NCBI GenBank assembly: GCA_017649645.1
Contig: JAGCGK010000124.1
Coordinates: 52,658 to 116,657 of the forward strand
From: Clostridiales bacterium
Lineage (GTDB): Bacteria > Bacillota > Clostridia > Saccharofermentanales > Saccharofermentanaceae
Length of the DNA stretch: 64,000 bases
Direction: 5' to 3'
Shown here: positions 21,676 to 30,685 of the stretch, in pieces
How positions within the stretch are numbered: position 1 is the first letter of the stretch
Layout of the letters: each line of letters opens with the position of its first letter
Position numbers and translations under genes: made by a program
Notes under the pieces: model-generated
The model's database searches: none
What the model saw: only the letters and a program-made list of their open reading frames with translations
What the model was told of the DNA's origin: nothing

Positions 21676-22272
21676 TTACTTCTTGTCGAGGATCTTGTCT
21701 ACGATACCGTATTCCAAAGCTTCTTCAGCTGTCATCCAGTTATCGCGATCCGTATCTTTTTCGATCTGCTCAAGAGACTTCCCTGTTCTTTCAGCAAGGA
21801 TCGTATTCAAACGCTTCTTTGTGTGCTCGATGTGCTTAGCTGCGATCAAGATCTCTGTTGCCTGACCCTGAGCTCCGCCCAAAGGCTGGTGGATCATAAC
21901 TTCCGCATTAGGAAGGATGCAACGCTTGCCCTTTGCTCCTGCTGCGAGAAGGAAGGAACCCATTGATGCTGCCATACCCATGCAGATCGTCTGAACGTCA
22001 GGCTTGATGTGCTGCATTGTATCGTAGATCATGAGACCGTCAGTAACGGATCCTCCCGGGCTGTTGATATAGAACTGAATGTCTTTATCAGGATCCTCTG
22101 CTTCAAGGAAGAGAAGCTGAGCTGTGATAAGACTTGCTGTTACGTGATTAACTTCCTCTGACAGGATTACGATCCTCTCCTTAAGAAGACGGGAGTAGAT
22201 ATCGTATGCTCTCTCACCACGGTTAGTGGATTCGATTACTGTAGGGACCAGACTGGATTTGATAATGTCCAT
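21676..22272 (-). CDS. clpP: ATP-dependent Clp protease proteolytic subunit
   Basis: DIYSRLL, YINSPGG, AASMG (Ser), IHQP (His), RDNW (Asp). Confidence 0.98.
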   Translation of the reverse strand: MDIIKSSLVPTVIESTNRGERAYDIYSRLLKERIVILSEEVNHVTASLITAQLLFLEAEDPDKDIQFYINSPGGSVTDGLMIYDTMQHIKPDVQTICMGMAASMGSFLLAAGAKGKRCILPNAEVMIHQPLGGAQGQATEILIAAKHIEHTKKRLNTILAERTGKSLEQIEKDTDRDNWMTAEEALEYGIVDKILDKK

Positions 22273-22287
22273 ATGTTTTTTCCTCCG

Positions 22288-22848
22288 TTAGTTGGCTACT
22301 TGTACGACCGCGTGCCTTATTACTCTTTCTTTGTATATATATCCCTTCTGGAAGACCTGTGCGATCTCCTGCTCTCCCAGTGAATCATCCTCTACATGCA
22401 TTACTGCCGAGTGGAAGTTAGGATCAAATGCCATTCCCCTTTCAGCGGGGATCTCTTCGATACCGAGCTTGGCGATTATGTCGCTTGCGCCTTTGGCGAT
22501 TCCCTCGATACCTGTTCTTATCTGTTCGTAGTTATTCTCGTTGATGTCCTTGGATGCTTCCAAAGCTCTGTCGATGTTATCTACTACTCCGAGCCAGCTC
22601 TCAGATACTGCAGCTACCGCATCAGCGTATAACTGTTCTTTCTCCTTTGCTGTTCTTTTTCGAAAATTATCGTACTCTGCATAAAGCATCATGTACTTCT
22701 TCTCGAGCTCTGCGGCCTTGTCTTCGGACTCCTCGGCCTCTTCTTCGACTTCGGCCTCGTTTACTTCTTCAGCCTCATCTCCGAAAATGATCGTCTCATC
22801 CTCGGGTGCCTGCTCTATAGGCTCTTTTTCTTCGTTGTCTTTTGCCAT
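22288..22848 (-). CDS. grpE: Nucleotide exchange factor GrpE
   Basis: AEYDNFRKR, FDPNFH, QKGY...VIRHAVVQV. Confidence 0.97.
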   Translation of the reverse strand: MAKDNEEKEPIEQAPEDETIIFGDEAEEVNEAEVEEEAEESEDKAAELEKKYMMLYAEYDNFRKRTAKEKEQLYADAVAAVSESWLGVVDNIDRALEASKDINENNYEQIRTGIEGIAKGASDIIAKLGIEEIPAERGMAFDPNFHSAVMHVEDDSLGEQEIAQVFQKGYIYKERVIRHAVVQVAN

Positions 22849-22861
22849 TGCCCTTCTCCTA

Positions 22862-23920
22862 TTATCCGTTTATTTTTTTGATCTCATCGTTAAGGGTTTT
22901 TCTGACGAAATTGATCTGTGATATTACCTTTGAGTATTCCATTCTCTTAGGACCGATGATTCCGATGTTACCTGAGATCTTGTCTCCGACCTTGTAAGTC
23001 GTTGTGATAAAGCTGCAATCCTCAAGTCCTTCGAGTGCTATCTCCTGACCGATCCTGATCATATAGGAATCGTCGCCTTCTGTGATCTCTTCTGTTCCGA
23101 GTTCGTTTACGTAGCCTGCTACCATGCCGTCATCGGAAAGCGTATCGAGAAGTCCTTTTGCTCTTCCTACATCATTAAACTCAGGGATCGATAATATCCT
23201 GTTCTTACCTTCGAGATAAACGTCGAGCTTATCTGCCTGCTTGATAGCCGTATATGCTTCGTACAATACCTGATTAAGGAATGAATCAGGGATCGAAGTA
23301 TTCTTAACAGAAGATGCTACCGTGATAAGAGTTATCTCATCCAAAGGCATTCCGCTTAACTGCTTTTCAACTGCTCTGGAGATCTCATTGACCTGAACAT
23401 CAGTAAGGAAATTAGGGATCCTGACGAGCTTATCCTTAACAACGCCTGCAGAAAGAACTACAACGACCAAAGCCTTACCGGGTTCGATCATCAAAAGCTT
23501 AAGCTGAGTAAGATAGCTCTTCTTCAAAACAGGAGTCATTGCCAAAGATACATAACCTGTCTTAGCAGAAAGCGTGTTGGTAGCATTCTTAAGAAGATCC
23601 GTTACTTCTCCGACACCTGTAGCGATCCTGGATTCGATATCCTTCTTTTCAGCGGTCGAGATCGTATCAATGTGCATAAGAGAATCTACATATTCTCTGT
23701 AACCTTTGTCTGAAGGAATACGTCCTGCGGATGTATGAGGCTTCTCGATGTAACCGAGCTTTTCAAGATCAGCCATCTCGTTTCTCAAAGTTGCCGAACT
23801 TAATGTGAAGTTATGTCTGTCGATCAAAGCCTTGGAACCGACAGGCTCGCAAGTAGTAACATAATCATCTACTATAGCCTGAAGAATAACTTTCTTTCTG
23901 TCATCCAGTGCCATATCCAT
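22862..23920 (-). CDS. hrcA: Heat-inducible transcription repressor HrcA
   Basis: EPVGSK, SSATLRNEMADLE, PHTSAGRIPS, IGPKRMEY. Confidence 0.98.
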   Translation of the reverse strand: MDMALDDRKKVILQAIVDDYVTTCEPVGSKALIDRHNFTLSSATLRNEMADLEKLGYIEKPHTSAGRIPSDKGYREYVDSLMHIDTISTAEKKDIESRIATGVGEVTDLLKNATNTLSAKTGYVSLAMTPVLKKSYLTQLKLLMIEPGKALVVVVLSAGVVKDKLVRIPNFLTDVQVNEISRAVEKQLSGMPLDEITLITVASSVKNTSIPDSFLNQVLYEAYTAIKQADKLDVYLEGKNRILSIPEFNDVGRAKGLLDTLSDDGMVAGYVNELGTEEITEGDDSYMIRIGQEIALEGLEDCSFITTTYKVGDKISGNIGIIGPKRMEYSKVISQINFVRKTLNDEIKKING

Positions 23921-23947
23921 AACTCCTTTCGTAAGTTCGTTTTTGTG

Positions 23948-23974
23948 TTAGCACTCAAATCACCCGAGTGCCAA
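23948..23974. promoter_or_regulatory. CIRCE element 1 (HrcA operator)
   Basis: TTAGCACTC-N9-GAGTGCCAA. Confidence 0.95.
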
Positions 23975-23981
23975 CATCAAC

Positions 23982-24010
23982 AATATAGCACTAAGGTCAA
24001 AAAAGGTCAA
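23982..24010 (-). promoter_or_regulatory. SigA promoter of hrcA operon
   Basis: -35 TTGACC (24010-24005), 17 bp spacer, extended -10 TGcTATATT. Confidence 0.8.
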
Positions 24011-24011
24011 G
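23995..24011 (+). promoter_or_regulatory. CtsR box overlapping the -35
   Basis: GGTCAAA-AAA-GGTCAAG versus consensus RGTCAAA-NAN-RGTCAAA. Confidence 0.75.
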
Positions 24012-24017
24012 GAATTT

Positions 24018-24044
24018 TTGGCACTCGCCTTTTTCGAGTGCTAA
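24018..24044. promoter_or_regulatory. CIRCE element 2 (HrcA operator)
   Basis: TTGGCACTC-N9-GAGTGCTAA. Confidence 0.95.
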
Positions 24045-24171
24045 TCTCGAAAAAGCCTGTGTTGCAAAGGTTTTCAGGTAATTTCAAGAAAATGCAACAC
24101 CGAGTGATAACAGTATAAACTGGGGCAAAACAGGTGTTTTGTCAAAAATACCGCCTGAGAAAACGGTGCAC

Positions 24172-24205
24172 AAAAAAACCGACAGTATCATATTTTACTG
24201 TCGGT
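24172..24205 (-). terminator. Intrinsic terminator upstream of hrcA promoter
   Basis: Perfect 10-bp stem ACCGACAGTA/TACTGTCGGT followed by a T-run on minus strand. Confidence 0.85.
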
Positions 24206-24231
24206 CTGTTGTCTTATTTTCGAAAAAGAGA

Positions 24232-24774
24232 TCAGAAGTTGTCGATGTCTACGAATTCAACGACCATATTCTTACGCTCATTTTCCATAGCCTCTTTGGC
24301 CTGTTTGGTATAACTTGCTACTCCGGAAGTAAAAACTCCGATGATCGCAACAACATAGTAAAAAACGATCAAAAGCGAGAAAATAAGTCCGATGATAGAA
24401 AAGACCTTACCAGCTGTAACCTTTCCTCCTGTCGTACCGTGCTTTTTGGCTGAACTTGCCTTCTTAAGTCCGATAGCGGCAAATATGATGCCGAATATAC
24501 AGGTCCACGAGAAGAAAAAGCTCAAAAGACCAAATGTCAGCGCCTTTCTCGCACAGGAACTTCCTGCTCTAATCTCGTCATTATCACGATAATCCACGTT
24601 AGACTGATTTCCGTAATTCATCGGCTGTGTGTAAGCCGGCTGAACATACTGCTGCTGTACAGGCTGCTGAACAGGCTGCTGAGGTGCTGCTACACCCAAA
24701 GCGCTTCCACAGTTGGAACAAAAACCTGTACCATCCGGATTACTCGCACCGCAATTATTACAAAACATAACCAT
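24232..24774 (-). CDS. Zinc-ribbon + DUF4190-like membrane protein
   Basis: FCNNCG...FCSNCG, Gln/Pro linker, two TM helices; TTGACA-16-TATACT promoter at 24828-24801. Confidence 0.75.
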   Translation of the reverse strand: MVMFCNNCGASNPDGTGFCSNCGSALGVAAPQQPVQQPVQQQYVQPAYTQPMNYGNQSNVDYRDNDEIRAGSSCARKALTFGLLSFFFSWTCIFGIIFAAIGLKKASSAKKHGTTGGKVTAGKVFSIIGLIFSLLIVFYYVVAIIGVFTSGVASYTKQAKEAMENERKNMVVEFVDIDNF

Positions 24775-24876
24775 TCCCCCCTAATAGTTGATATAGATTA
24801 AGTATAAATCAACAACAACAAATGTCAAAGAAACAAAACAACTTTCAAAAAACTACATTAAACCTGAGTACTCAGA

Positions 24877-25590
24877 TCATGATTTCTTGTTCATTACGAT
24901 GACAACATCGGAATTGATCGAGAGCTGATCCATTCCGTTAATATATTTGGTCGTACCTGAGTTCACAGTCTTTCTGCTCGAATTAGACTGCACCATCTTC
25001 GAAAGTTTAGGACAATCACCGATATCCAATGAACTGAGGTCATTGCCCTCCAGTGCTACATAGCAAAGCTCATCACAACCACTAAGTTCAACATTGGTCA
25101 ATTTATTGTTTGAACAAATAAGAAAACCCAAAGAGGAGCCTGACGGAAGGACCAACTCCTCAAGAGAAATATTCTTACAGATCAGTTTTACTATTTTGGG
25201 ATTTTTGCTCAGGTTCAGTTTTCTTACATAACAACCTTCTGAAATAACCAGGTTATTAAGATTTGGAACATTAGCGAACTTTAATTCATCTATTGTGCAT
25301 TTTCTGATCTCAATAGCCTTCAGACTGGTAAGGCATTCCAAACCGGTGAAATCCTTAACATCATTAAGTATCAAATGATCAATTGAAGCTATTTCCGATT
25401 CGTCCAGCTTACCGTCATTATCCCAATACTTATCATATGAAAGTAAACTTTTCCTAAGTCCCTCATCAGGAAAATTCTTTTCATTAATAGCGATCTTTTT
25501 GCCGCCCAGACCACAACCGGAAACTGCCGACAAAGCGAAAGCAAGCAAAAGAGAGGTGATTAAAACTTTGGATCTAAAAAAGTTATGCAT
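24877..25590 (-). CDS. Leucine-rich repeat lipoprotein
   Basis: Lipobox VSGC, cap NFPDEGLR, LxxLxCxxNxL repeats. Confidence 0.8.
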   Translation of the reverse strand: MHNFFRSKVLITSLLLAFALSAVSGCGLGGKKIAINEKNFPDEGLRKSLLSYDKYWDNDGKLDESEIASIDHLILNDVKDFTGLECLTSLKAIEIRKCTIDELKFANVPNLNNLVISEGCYVRKLNLSKNPKIVKLICKNISLEELVLPSGSSLGFLICSNNKLTNVELSGCDELCYVALEGNDLSSLDIGDCPKLSKMVQSNSSRKTVNSGTTKYINGMDQLSINSDVVIVMNKKS

Positions 25591-25858
25591 TGGTGTATCC
25601 TTTCATAATTAACTGCCGGGATCCATAGCTGATCCCCCAAAAACCACATCAAAATATAATGATCTTGATCAAACCCTATAAGGATTTATCACCAAACACG
25701 TTCTTCGTCAAGGTCAAAAACCAATTTTTTGCATTTTCATTTGCACATTAGACTTAACCTCGGGATTTTCCAAAGACTGTTTTCTGACAGATCAAAAAGA
25801 AAAACACTGCACGATTATCTCGACATCAGATTCAATCGACAGACAGCAATCGACAAAA

Positions 25859-27736
25859 TCAGAGAAAACAACACACTCCGTTTTCCTCATAATCACTGAC
25901 TAATTCATCCATCTGGTCCTCATTTCCGATACATCCTGCTAATACAGAGTATTGTTCATAAGACAAACTGTCAAAACTGATTCCGCTTAATCCCGTACGT
26001 TCACAATAATTTTCAAAAGCAGACCTCATCTTTGATTCAAATTGTTCATATGAGTTCTCATCGGCATTTCCTCCTTCTTGCAATAACGCTACAAGGTCTT
26101 GATCGGTCATCGATCCAAGATCGTCACTGTCAATCCCGTAATAATCAAAGATAAATACCCAATATGATGTTGTTAATGCTGTCTGCTGATCAGTTGTATA
26201 GCTATAAGCAGATACAACTTTTTTCGACTCCCCGTCATACGTATTAAAGGTGATGACACCGGCATGAACATCGTAATAACGATCCAGAAACAGAATATAA
26301 TTATAATTCTGTTTTCCCGCCTGATAATCATTCAAGATAGAATAAGCGTTAATGCAAGAATCTACGTAAAAAAATATATCGAGAGCATTTAAGATATACC
26401 CGAGAAAAGGAAAAAGTTTACCGGTCTTTTCTATCAGCATTTTGATCTTAGGTATACTCTCCAATATACTTACTATATTCAGACCAGTTCCGGCTACTAA
26501 CGAACCGGTCTCGTACGAGATTAATTCGGGTTCATAATCAGTTAAAAGCTCTACATCATAATCAGAAAACTGAGTAGCTAGATCAAACATCAGAGGTTCT
26601 ACCTGAAAAGATTCAAACATCCGCACTGAACCGTCTCCTCCGTAGAGGTGAACTTGCTGAGCAGGATCTTCCGCTTCTACTCCAAAACTTACCTGAACAG
26701 TTCCTGAATCATCAATATTATACTCAACATGCGGAAACGGTCTCGGATATTGATAATCAATATTAATATCAGGATCCAGACCGACCATGTCCTCTTGGGA
26801 AAACAAGTATGGAACCGCTATCTGACCACTCGTTAGTACTCCCATCGTGTCTAAATAAGCTGTTACTTTTGTCAATCCGCTTGCACTACCCTCATATTGA
26901 CTCCAATCAGAATACTGCTCATTATATATATGCATACAAATATCATACATACGTTCATTAATCATCAATAGTGAAGGTGATGGTTCATAAACATAGAAGA
27001 CTTCCGCATAATATACGTCATCTATATACATCGCCGTAGGTGATATATTAATTTCGTACGTCTGTTCCATTCCTAACTGAAGATTAAGATTTAACAATCC
27101 TTCGATCTGCTCCTCAGAAGTGTTGTCGTCACTTATATAATCAACACAAAAATCAGCATACGCATCTGCATAAGCCTCATTTGCCTCAGGGTCACTTTTC
27201 AACTTGTTAAACACGCCCTCAACAGTACCTCTATCGACATTACCATCGTCATCAGTAAAGTAGTCTGTTAAAAACTCTTTGTTATTGGAGTCTGCTATCT
27301 CCATCGGAGCAAAACTGTCATCGATCCTTTCTTTATCTATCAATGTTGAATTTGTTCTGCATGCACTGTCAAGTTCATCACTGATGTTATACAGTGATGT
27401 TATAAAGGCTTCCATTACCTCATTGGCATTTGCCGTCAAGGTATTGATCTCATCACCTGTTGATTGAACATTGTCGTAAAAATCCGAAACCTTGGAAATA
27501 ACTGTATTTATAGGATCTTCAATCGAATCAATATGTGTCTTCGCCAGATTGGCAGAATCCAAACATTCCTGCTTACATTCTTCAATAGATACATTATTAT
27601 TGGGAACAGATACACCGTTAATACCGGAAGTCAGATCAACTTCTGTTTCCTGTTTTATTGTTTCCAAAGCAGTGATGAGTCCATCACGATACTCTTGCGT
27701 ATAATACCTTATATCATTACTGTGTACTGTTGGCAT
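25859..27736 (-). CDS. Large acidic protein, candidate type VII-exported effector
   Basis: 625 aa, no signal peptide, helical-looking N-terminus, hydrophobic segment near residue 440-465; tightly linked to three small upstream genes. Confidence 0.45.
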   Translation of the reverse strand: MPTVHSNDIRYYTQEYRDGLITALETIKQETEVDLTSGINGVSVPNNNVSIEECKQECLDSANLAKTHIDSIEDPINTVISKVSDFYDNVQSTGDEINTLTANANEVMEAFITSLYNISDELDSACRTNSTLIDKERIDDSFAPMEIADSNNKEFLTDYFTDDDGNVDRGTVEGVFNKLKSDPEANEAYADAYADFCVDYISDDNTSEEQIEGLLNLNLQLGMEQTYEINISPTAMYIDDVYYAEVFYVYEPSPSLLMINERMYDICMHIYNEQYSDWSQYEGSASGLTKVTAYLDTMGVLTSGQIAVPYLFSQEDMVGLDPDINIDYQYPRPFPHVEYNIDDSGTVQVSFGVEAEDPAQQVHLYGGDGSVRMFESFQVEPLMFDLATQFSDYDVELLTDYEPELISYETGSLVAGTGLNIVSILESIPKIKMLIEKTGKLFPFLGYILNALDIFFYVDSCINAYSILNDYQAGKQNYNYILFLDRYYDVHAGVITFNTYDGESKKVVSAYSYTTDQQTALTTSYWVFIFDYYGIDSDDLGSMTDQDLVALLQEGGNADENSYEQFESKMRSAFENYCERTGLSGISFDSLSYEQYSVLAGCIGNEDQMDELVSDYEENGVCCFL

Positions 27737-27740
27737 ACCC

Positions 27741-28007
27741 CTAGCCTCCGATTATTGCGTCTTCTGCTTCTTCATAATTGTCACATATCAGATCCAGGTA
27801 ATCTGCCGTTGACTTATATAAGTTCCTTAAAGCATAAAACATCCGATCGTATGTCAAAAAAGAATCATTGATATTATCTACGGTCTGGGAGCCAAATACC
27901 GATAAAGAAGTCGTAAAATCTTCCGATGTGATATTATCTTTTTCTTCCCTAAAATATGTAGCCGCTTCTCTCAGTTTTGTAAAATCATATTTTTTTGTAT
28001 CATCCAT
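27741..28007 (-). CDS. Small WXG100-like / T7SS targeting-factor-like protein
   Basis: 88 aa, two amphipathic helices around VFGS, C-terminal YEEAE (YxxxD/E-type motif). Confidence 0.5.
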   Translation of the reverse strand: MDDTKKYDFTKLREAATYFREEKDNITSEDFTTSLSVFGSQTVDNINDSFLTYDRMFYALRNLYKSTADYLDLICDNYEEAEDAIIGG

Positions 28008-28307
28008 TTATATTCCCTCGAAACTCATTTTGTCTTCTTTATCTATTATGTCGTTTTCGATCTTCAGTAATAACAGATCCATTTCAGCGTCCATACTCGA
28101 GATCTGTTCTTTGACTGTGATCATATTATCTCTCAAAGCTTGCAGAACTTTATATTCACCTGTATTACAACTTAAGGCTTGATCCATCAGTTCAGCCAAT
28201 TTGGATATGTAATTATCTATATACTGCTCAAGGATCACTCCTCTTCCGGTAGAAAAAAACGGGTATTCCTGTACCTCTCTGATGTGAAGATAAGTAAAGT
28301 TTTCCAT
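28008..28307 (-). CDS. Small helical hypothetical protein
   Basis: 99 aa from MENFTY with AGGAGG RBS; abuts the next gene. Confidence 0.6.
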   Translation of the reverse strand: MENFTYLHIREVQEYPFFSTGRGVILEQYIDNYISKLAELMDQALSCNTGEYKVLQALRDNMITVKEQISSMDAEMDLLLLKIENDIIDKEDKMSFEGI

Positions 28308-28318
28308 ATCATTCCTCC

Positions 28319-28735
28319 TTAGACATATTCCCTGGCAGCGGTACAACTATCAATTGCAGAATTATAGTCATCGATCCTGCTTTGTTTATCTGTGTTTAAC
28401 CATTCTGATAGATATGACGAGATGGTAGTAGCAATAGGTGTTTCATGTGTATATGGTTCTAATGCATTTACAACCGCCTGAGAAATCGATGAAGCGGTTT
28501 CCGTATATGTATCTCTACTGGATGTGGTTTTATCAATAAGTTCTGTAAACGCATCGTAATTCTGTTCTCGAACATAGTCCACATCCGAATACGGATTTTC
28601 ATCTGATCCAACCGGTTGAGGGGCATAAGACACAGTTACTGGTTGAGGTCTGTTATATGTTTGGGGCACTTTGGAAACGGGAGCACTCGGGGTTTTGGGA
28701 GCATACAAATTCTTATAATATTCGGTATAATCCAT
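28319..28735 (-). CDS. Hypothetical protein, Pro-rich N-terminus and helical C-terminus
   Basis: 138 aa ORF with AGGAG RBS and upstream TGATAAAAT extended -10. Confidence 0.6.
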   Translation of the reverse strand: MDYTEYYKNLYAPKTPSAPVSKVPQTYNRPQPVTVSYAPQPVGSDENPYSDVDYVREQNYDAFTELIDKTTSSRDTYTETASSISQAVVNALEPYTHETPIATTISSYLSEWLNTDKQSRIDDYNSAIDSCTAAREYV

Positions 28736-28871
28736 AAAAAGTCTCCTATCGAATTATGATTAGTGACATTTTATCAACCATTTCATTAAAGCACTAGTAT
28801 TCGACTGTACAGATTTTATGCGCTTCTATGAAACACTTTTAACAAAATATGTCCCCTTCGATCACGAAAGT

Positions 28872-29981
28872 TCAAATAAACTCCTCAAAAGCCAGATTTG
28901 CAAAGTCCAAGCCCTTCTTAGTCAGTCTAAAACCTTCATCATCAGAAATGATGAGTCCCTGAGAAGTAAGCTTATCTGTTTCTTTTTTGTATTCCTCGAA
29001 AATGTTTCCCCCGAATCTGTCGCTATATTCCTTTTTATCAGGGCCTTGGGAAGTCCTTAACATAAGCATGACATATTCCCTTGCTTTCTCGTCATGAGAG
29101 AGTACTTCATCTTCAGTTACTTTCAAAGGATCAGCAATATACCCGTCAACGCTTCTTTCGTGTGTGAACCTTATTCCGTTAAGATAGCCTGAAGCCGCAG
29201 GTCCGAATGCGTAATACTCCATTCCCTTCCAGTAACTCATATTATGAACGGATGTCTTTCCGCAGTTTGATATCTCATACGGTTCAAGACCTCTGCTCTT
29301 AAGATAATCACGAAGCGAATGATACATATCGCGTTCGAGATCAGGATCAACAAAATCTTCGATGTTCTTATAGCGCTCATAAAAAGGTGTCCCCTCTTCA
29401 ATGATTAGGGAATACATGCTCACGTGCGAGACACCCATATCAACAAGCGTCTTTGCATCGTCAAGGATCTCTTCTTTGGTCTGACCCGGAATACCGATCA
29501 TGAGGTCGCAGGATATATTTGTAAACCCTGCTTCTTTTGCTTCTTTTATAGTTTCTATTGCACGGCTTTTATCATGAAGTCTTCCGAGCGTTTTAAGAGT
29601 ATTGTCGTGAAGAGACTGAATACCTATAGAAACACGACTAAAGCCTGCGATCTTATAAGCTTCAAATTTCTCTTTTGTAACGGAAGCAGGATTGCATTCG
29701 ATGGTTATCTCGGCATCCGGTCTTATAGCGAAGCGTTCCTTTATCAAAGACAAGGTTTCACATATATGTTTAGCATCAGGAACTGACGGAGTACCGCCTC
29801 CGAAATAGACCGTATCTGTTGGATCGGGATTAACATCCTCTATTATTATCGTGCTTAAGATCTCTTTTCTAAGAGCATCGAAAAAGGAGTTTATCTTATC
29901 TGGTGCGGCTATAGAATAGAAGTCGCAGTACGAACATTTTCGAGCACAAAAAGGAATGTGGACATAGATGTGCCGTGCCAT
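28872..29981 (-). CDS. hemW: Radical SAM heme chaperone HemW (HemN-like)
   Basis: YVHIPFC, CARKCSYC (CxxxCxxC), FGGGTPS, YEISN, HNMSYW. Confidence 0.93.
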   Translation of the reverse strand: MARHIYVHIPFCARKCSYCDFYSIAAPDKINSFFDALRKEILSTIIIEDVNPDPTDTVYFGGGTPSVPDAKHICETLSLIKERFAIRPDAEITIECNPASVTKEKFEAYKIAGFSRVSIGIQSLHDNTLKTLGRLHDKSRAIETIKEAKEAGFTNISCDLMIGIPGQTKEEILDDAKTLVDMGVSHVSMYSLIIEEGTPFYERYKNIEDFVDPDLERDMYHSLRDYLKSRGLEPYEISNCGKTSVHNMSYWKGMEYYAFGPAASGYLNGIRFTHERSVDGYIADPLKVTEDEVLSHDEKAREYVMLMLRTSQGPDKKEYSDRFGGNIFEEYKKETDKLTSQGLIISDDEGFRLTKKGLDFANLAFEEFI

Positions 29982-30679
29982 CAGAATGTCCTCGTGTGGA
30001 CCTTAGGTCTCTTGACAGGTTCCTTGTCGAGTTTGACGGAATAGATAAAGGTCTTCCTGAAGCTCTTGAAGCTCGGCGAGATATTATTTTCAGGGAGCAT
30101 GTATCTGGAAACGGCCTTGCTCCATCTTGCCTTGTACTCACCGATGGCAGGATAACCGATGTCGATTATGCGCTCGTAGGTGTCAGGACAGACGACTTTG
30201 CAAAGAGCTTCCCAGGTACCGCAGACGCTGTCCTGTTTATACTCGTCGAGAGCTTTCTTGTCGTAGTAAGGATATGCTTTCTCGATAGCCTGGTGATCGC
30301 CAAGGATCCAGGACTCGACTTCCTCAACGCAAAGACCGATGACGGACTTGATGTCGGGAGCAAATTTCCTGCAAACGAGACCCAGCTGCTTTTTAAGTTC
30401 TTCAGGATCATGATCGTCGGAATCCATTACCACGATCAAGACCGAATCGGTACCTTTAAGAGCTGCATTATAAGCGCGGCACTTGGCAGGAAGAAGTTCG
30501 AGCAGCGCAGAAGCGAACTTATGAGGCCTTTCCGACCAGTCCATAGGAAGAGATCCGCAGCCTCTGTGAGGACGGACATAAAGGTCGGCATCGATACCTT
30601 CTGCAAGACATATCTGTCTTACAAGTTTCTCGATCACAACAGATCCTGATTTATCTTCTGTAAGTATCTCTATTCTCAT
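29981..30679 (-). CDS. DUF4276-like TOPRIM-fold protein
   Basis: N-terminal IEILTED, VMDSDD (DxD), EEVESWILGD. Confidence 0.65.
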   Translation of the reverse strand: MRIEILTEDKSGSVVIEKLVRQICLAEGIDADLYVRPHRGCGSLPMDWSERPHKFASALLELLPAKCRAYNAALKGTDSVLIVVMDSDDHDPEELKKQLGLVCRKFAPDIKSVIGLCVEEVESWILGDHQAIEKAYPYYDKKALDEYKQDSVCGTWEALCKVVCPDTYERIIDIGYPAIGEYKARWSKAVSRYMLPENNISPSFKSFRKTFIYSVKLDKEPVKRPKVHTRTF

Positions 30680-30685
30680 TAAGTC

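Noticed and set aside
24640-24690. Short tandem DNA repeats (caggctgctg)
   Set aside because: They encode the QQPVQQPVQQ linker of the zinc-ribbon protein; ordinary low-complexity coding sequence
25706-25720. GTCAAGGTCAAA resembling a CtsR site
   Set aside because: Half-sites are 6 bp apart rather than the 10-bp period of the heptad repeat
25820-25855. Three TCGACA hexamers (25820, 25836, 25850) after the 625-aa gene
   Set aside because: Irregular 16/14-bp spacing and too short for CRISPR repeats, iterons or a convincing operator
28872-29981. Calling the radical SAM gene a true coproporphyrinogen dehydrogenase (hemN)
   Set aside because: Short N-terminus, HNxxYW motif and proximity to hrcA indicate HemW
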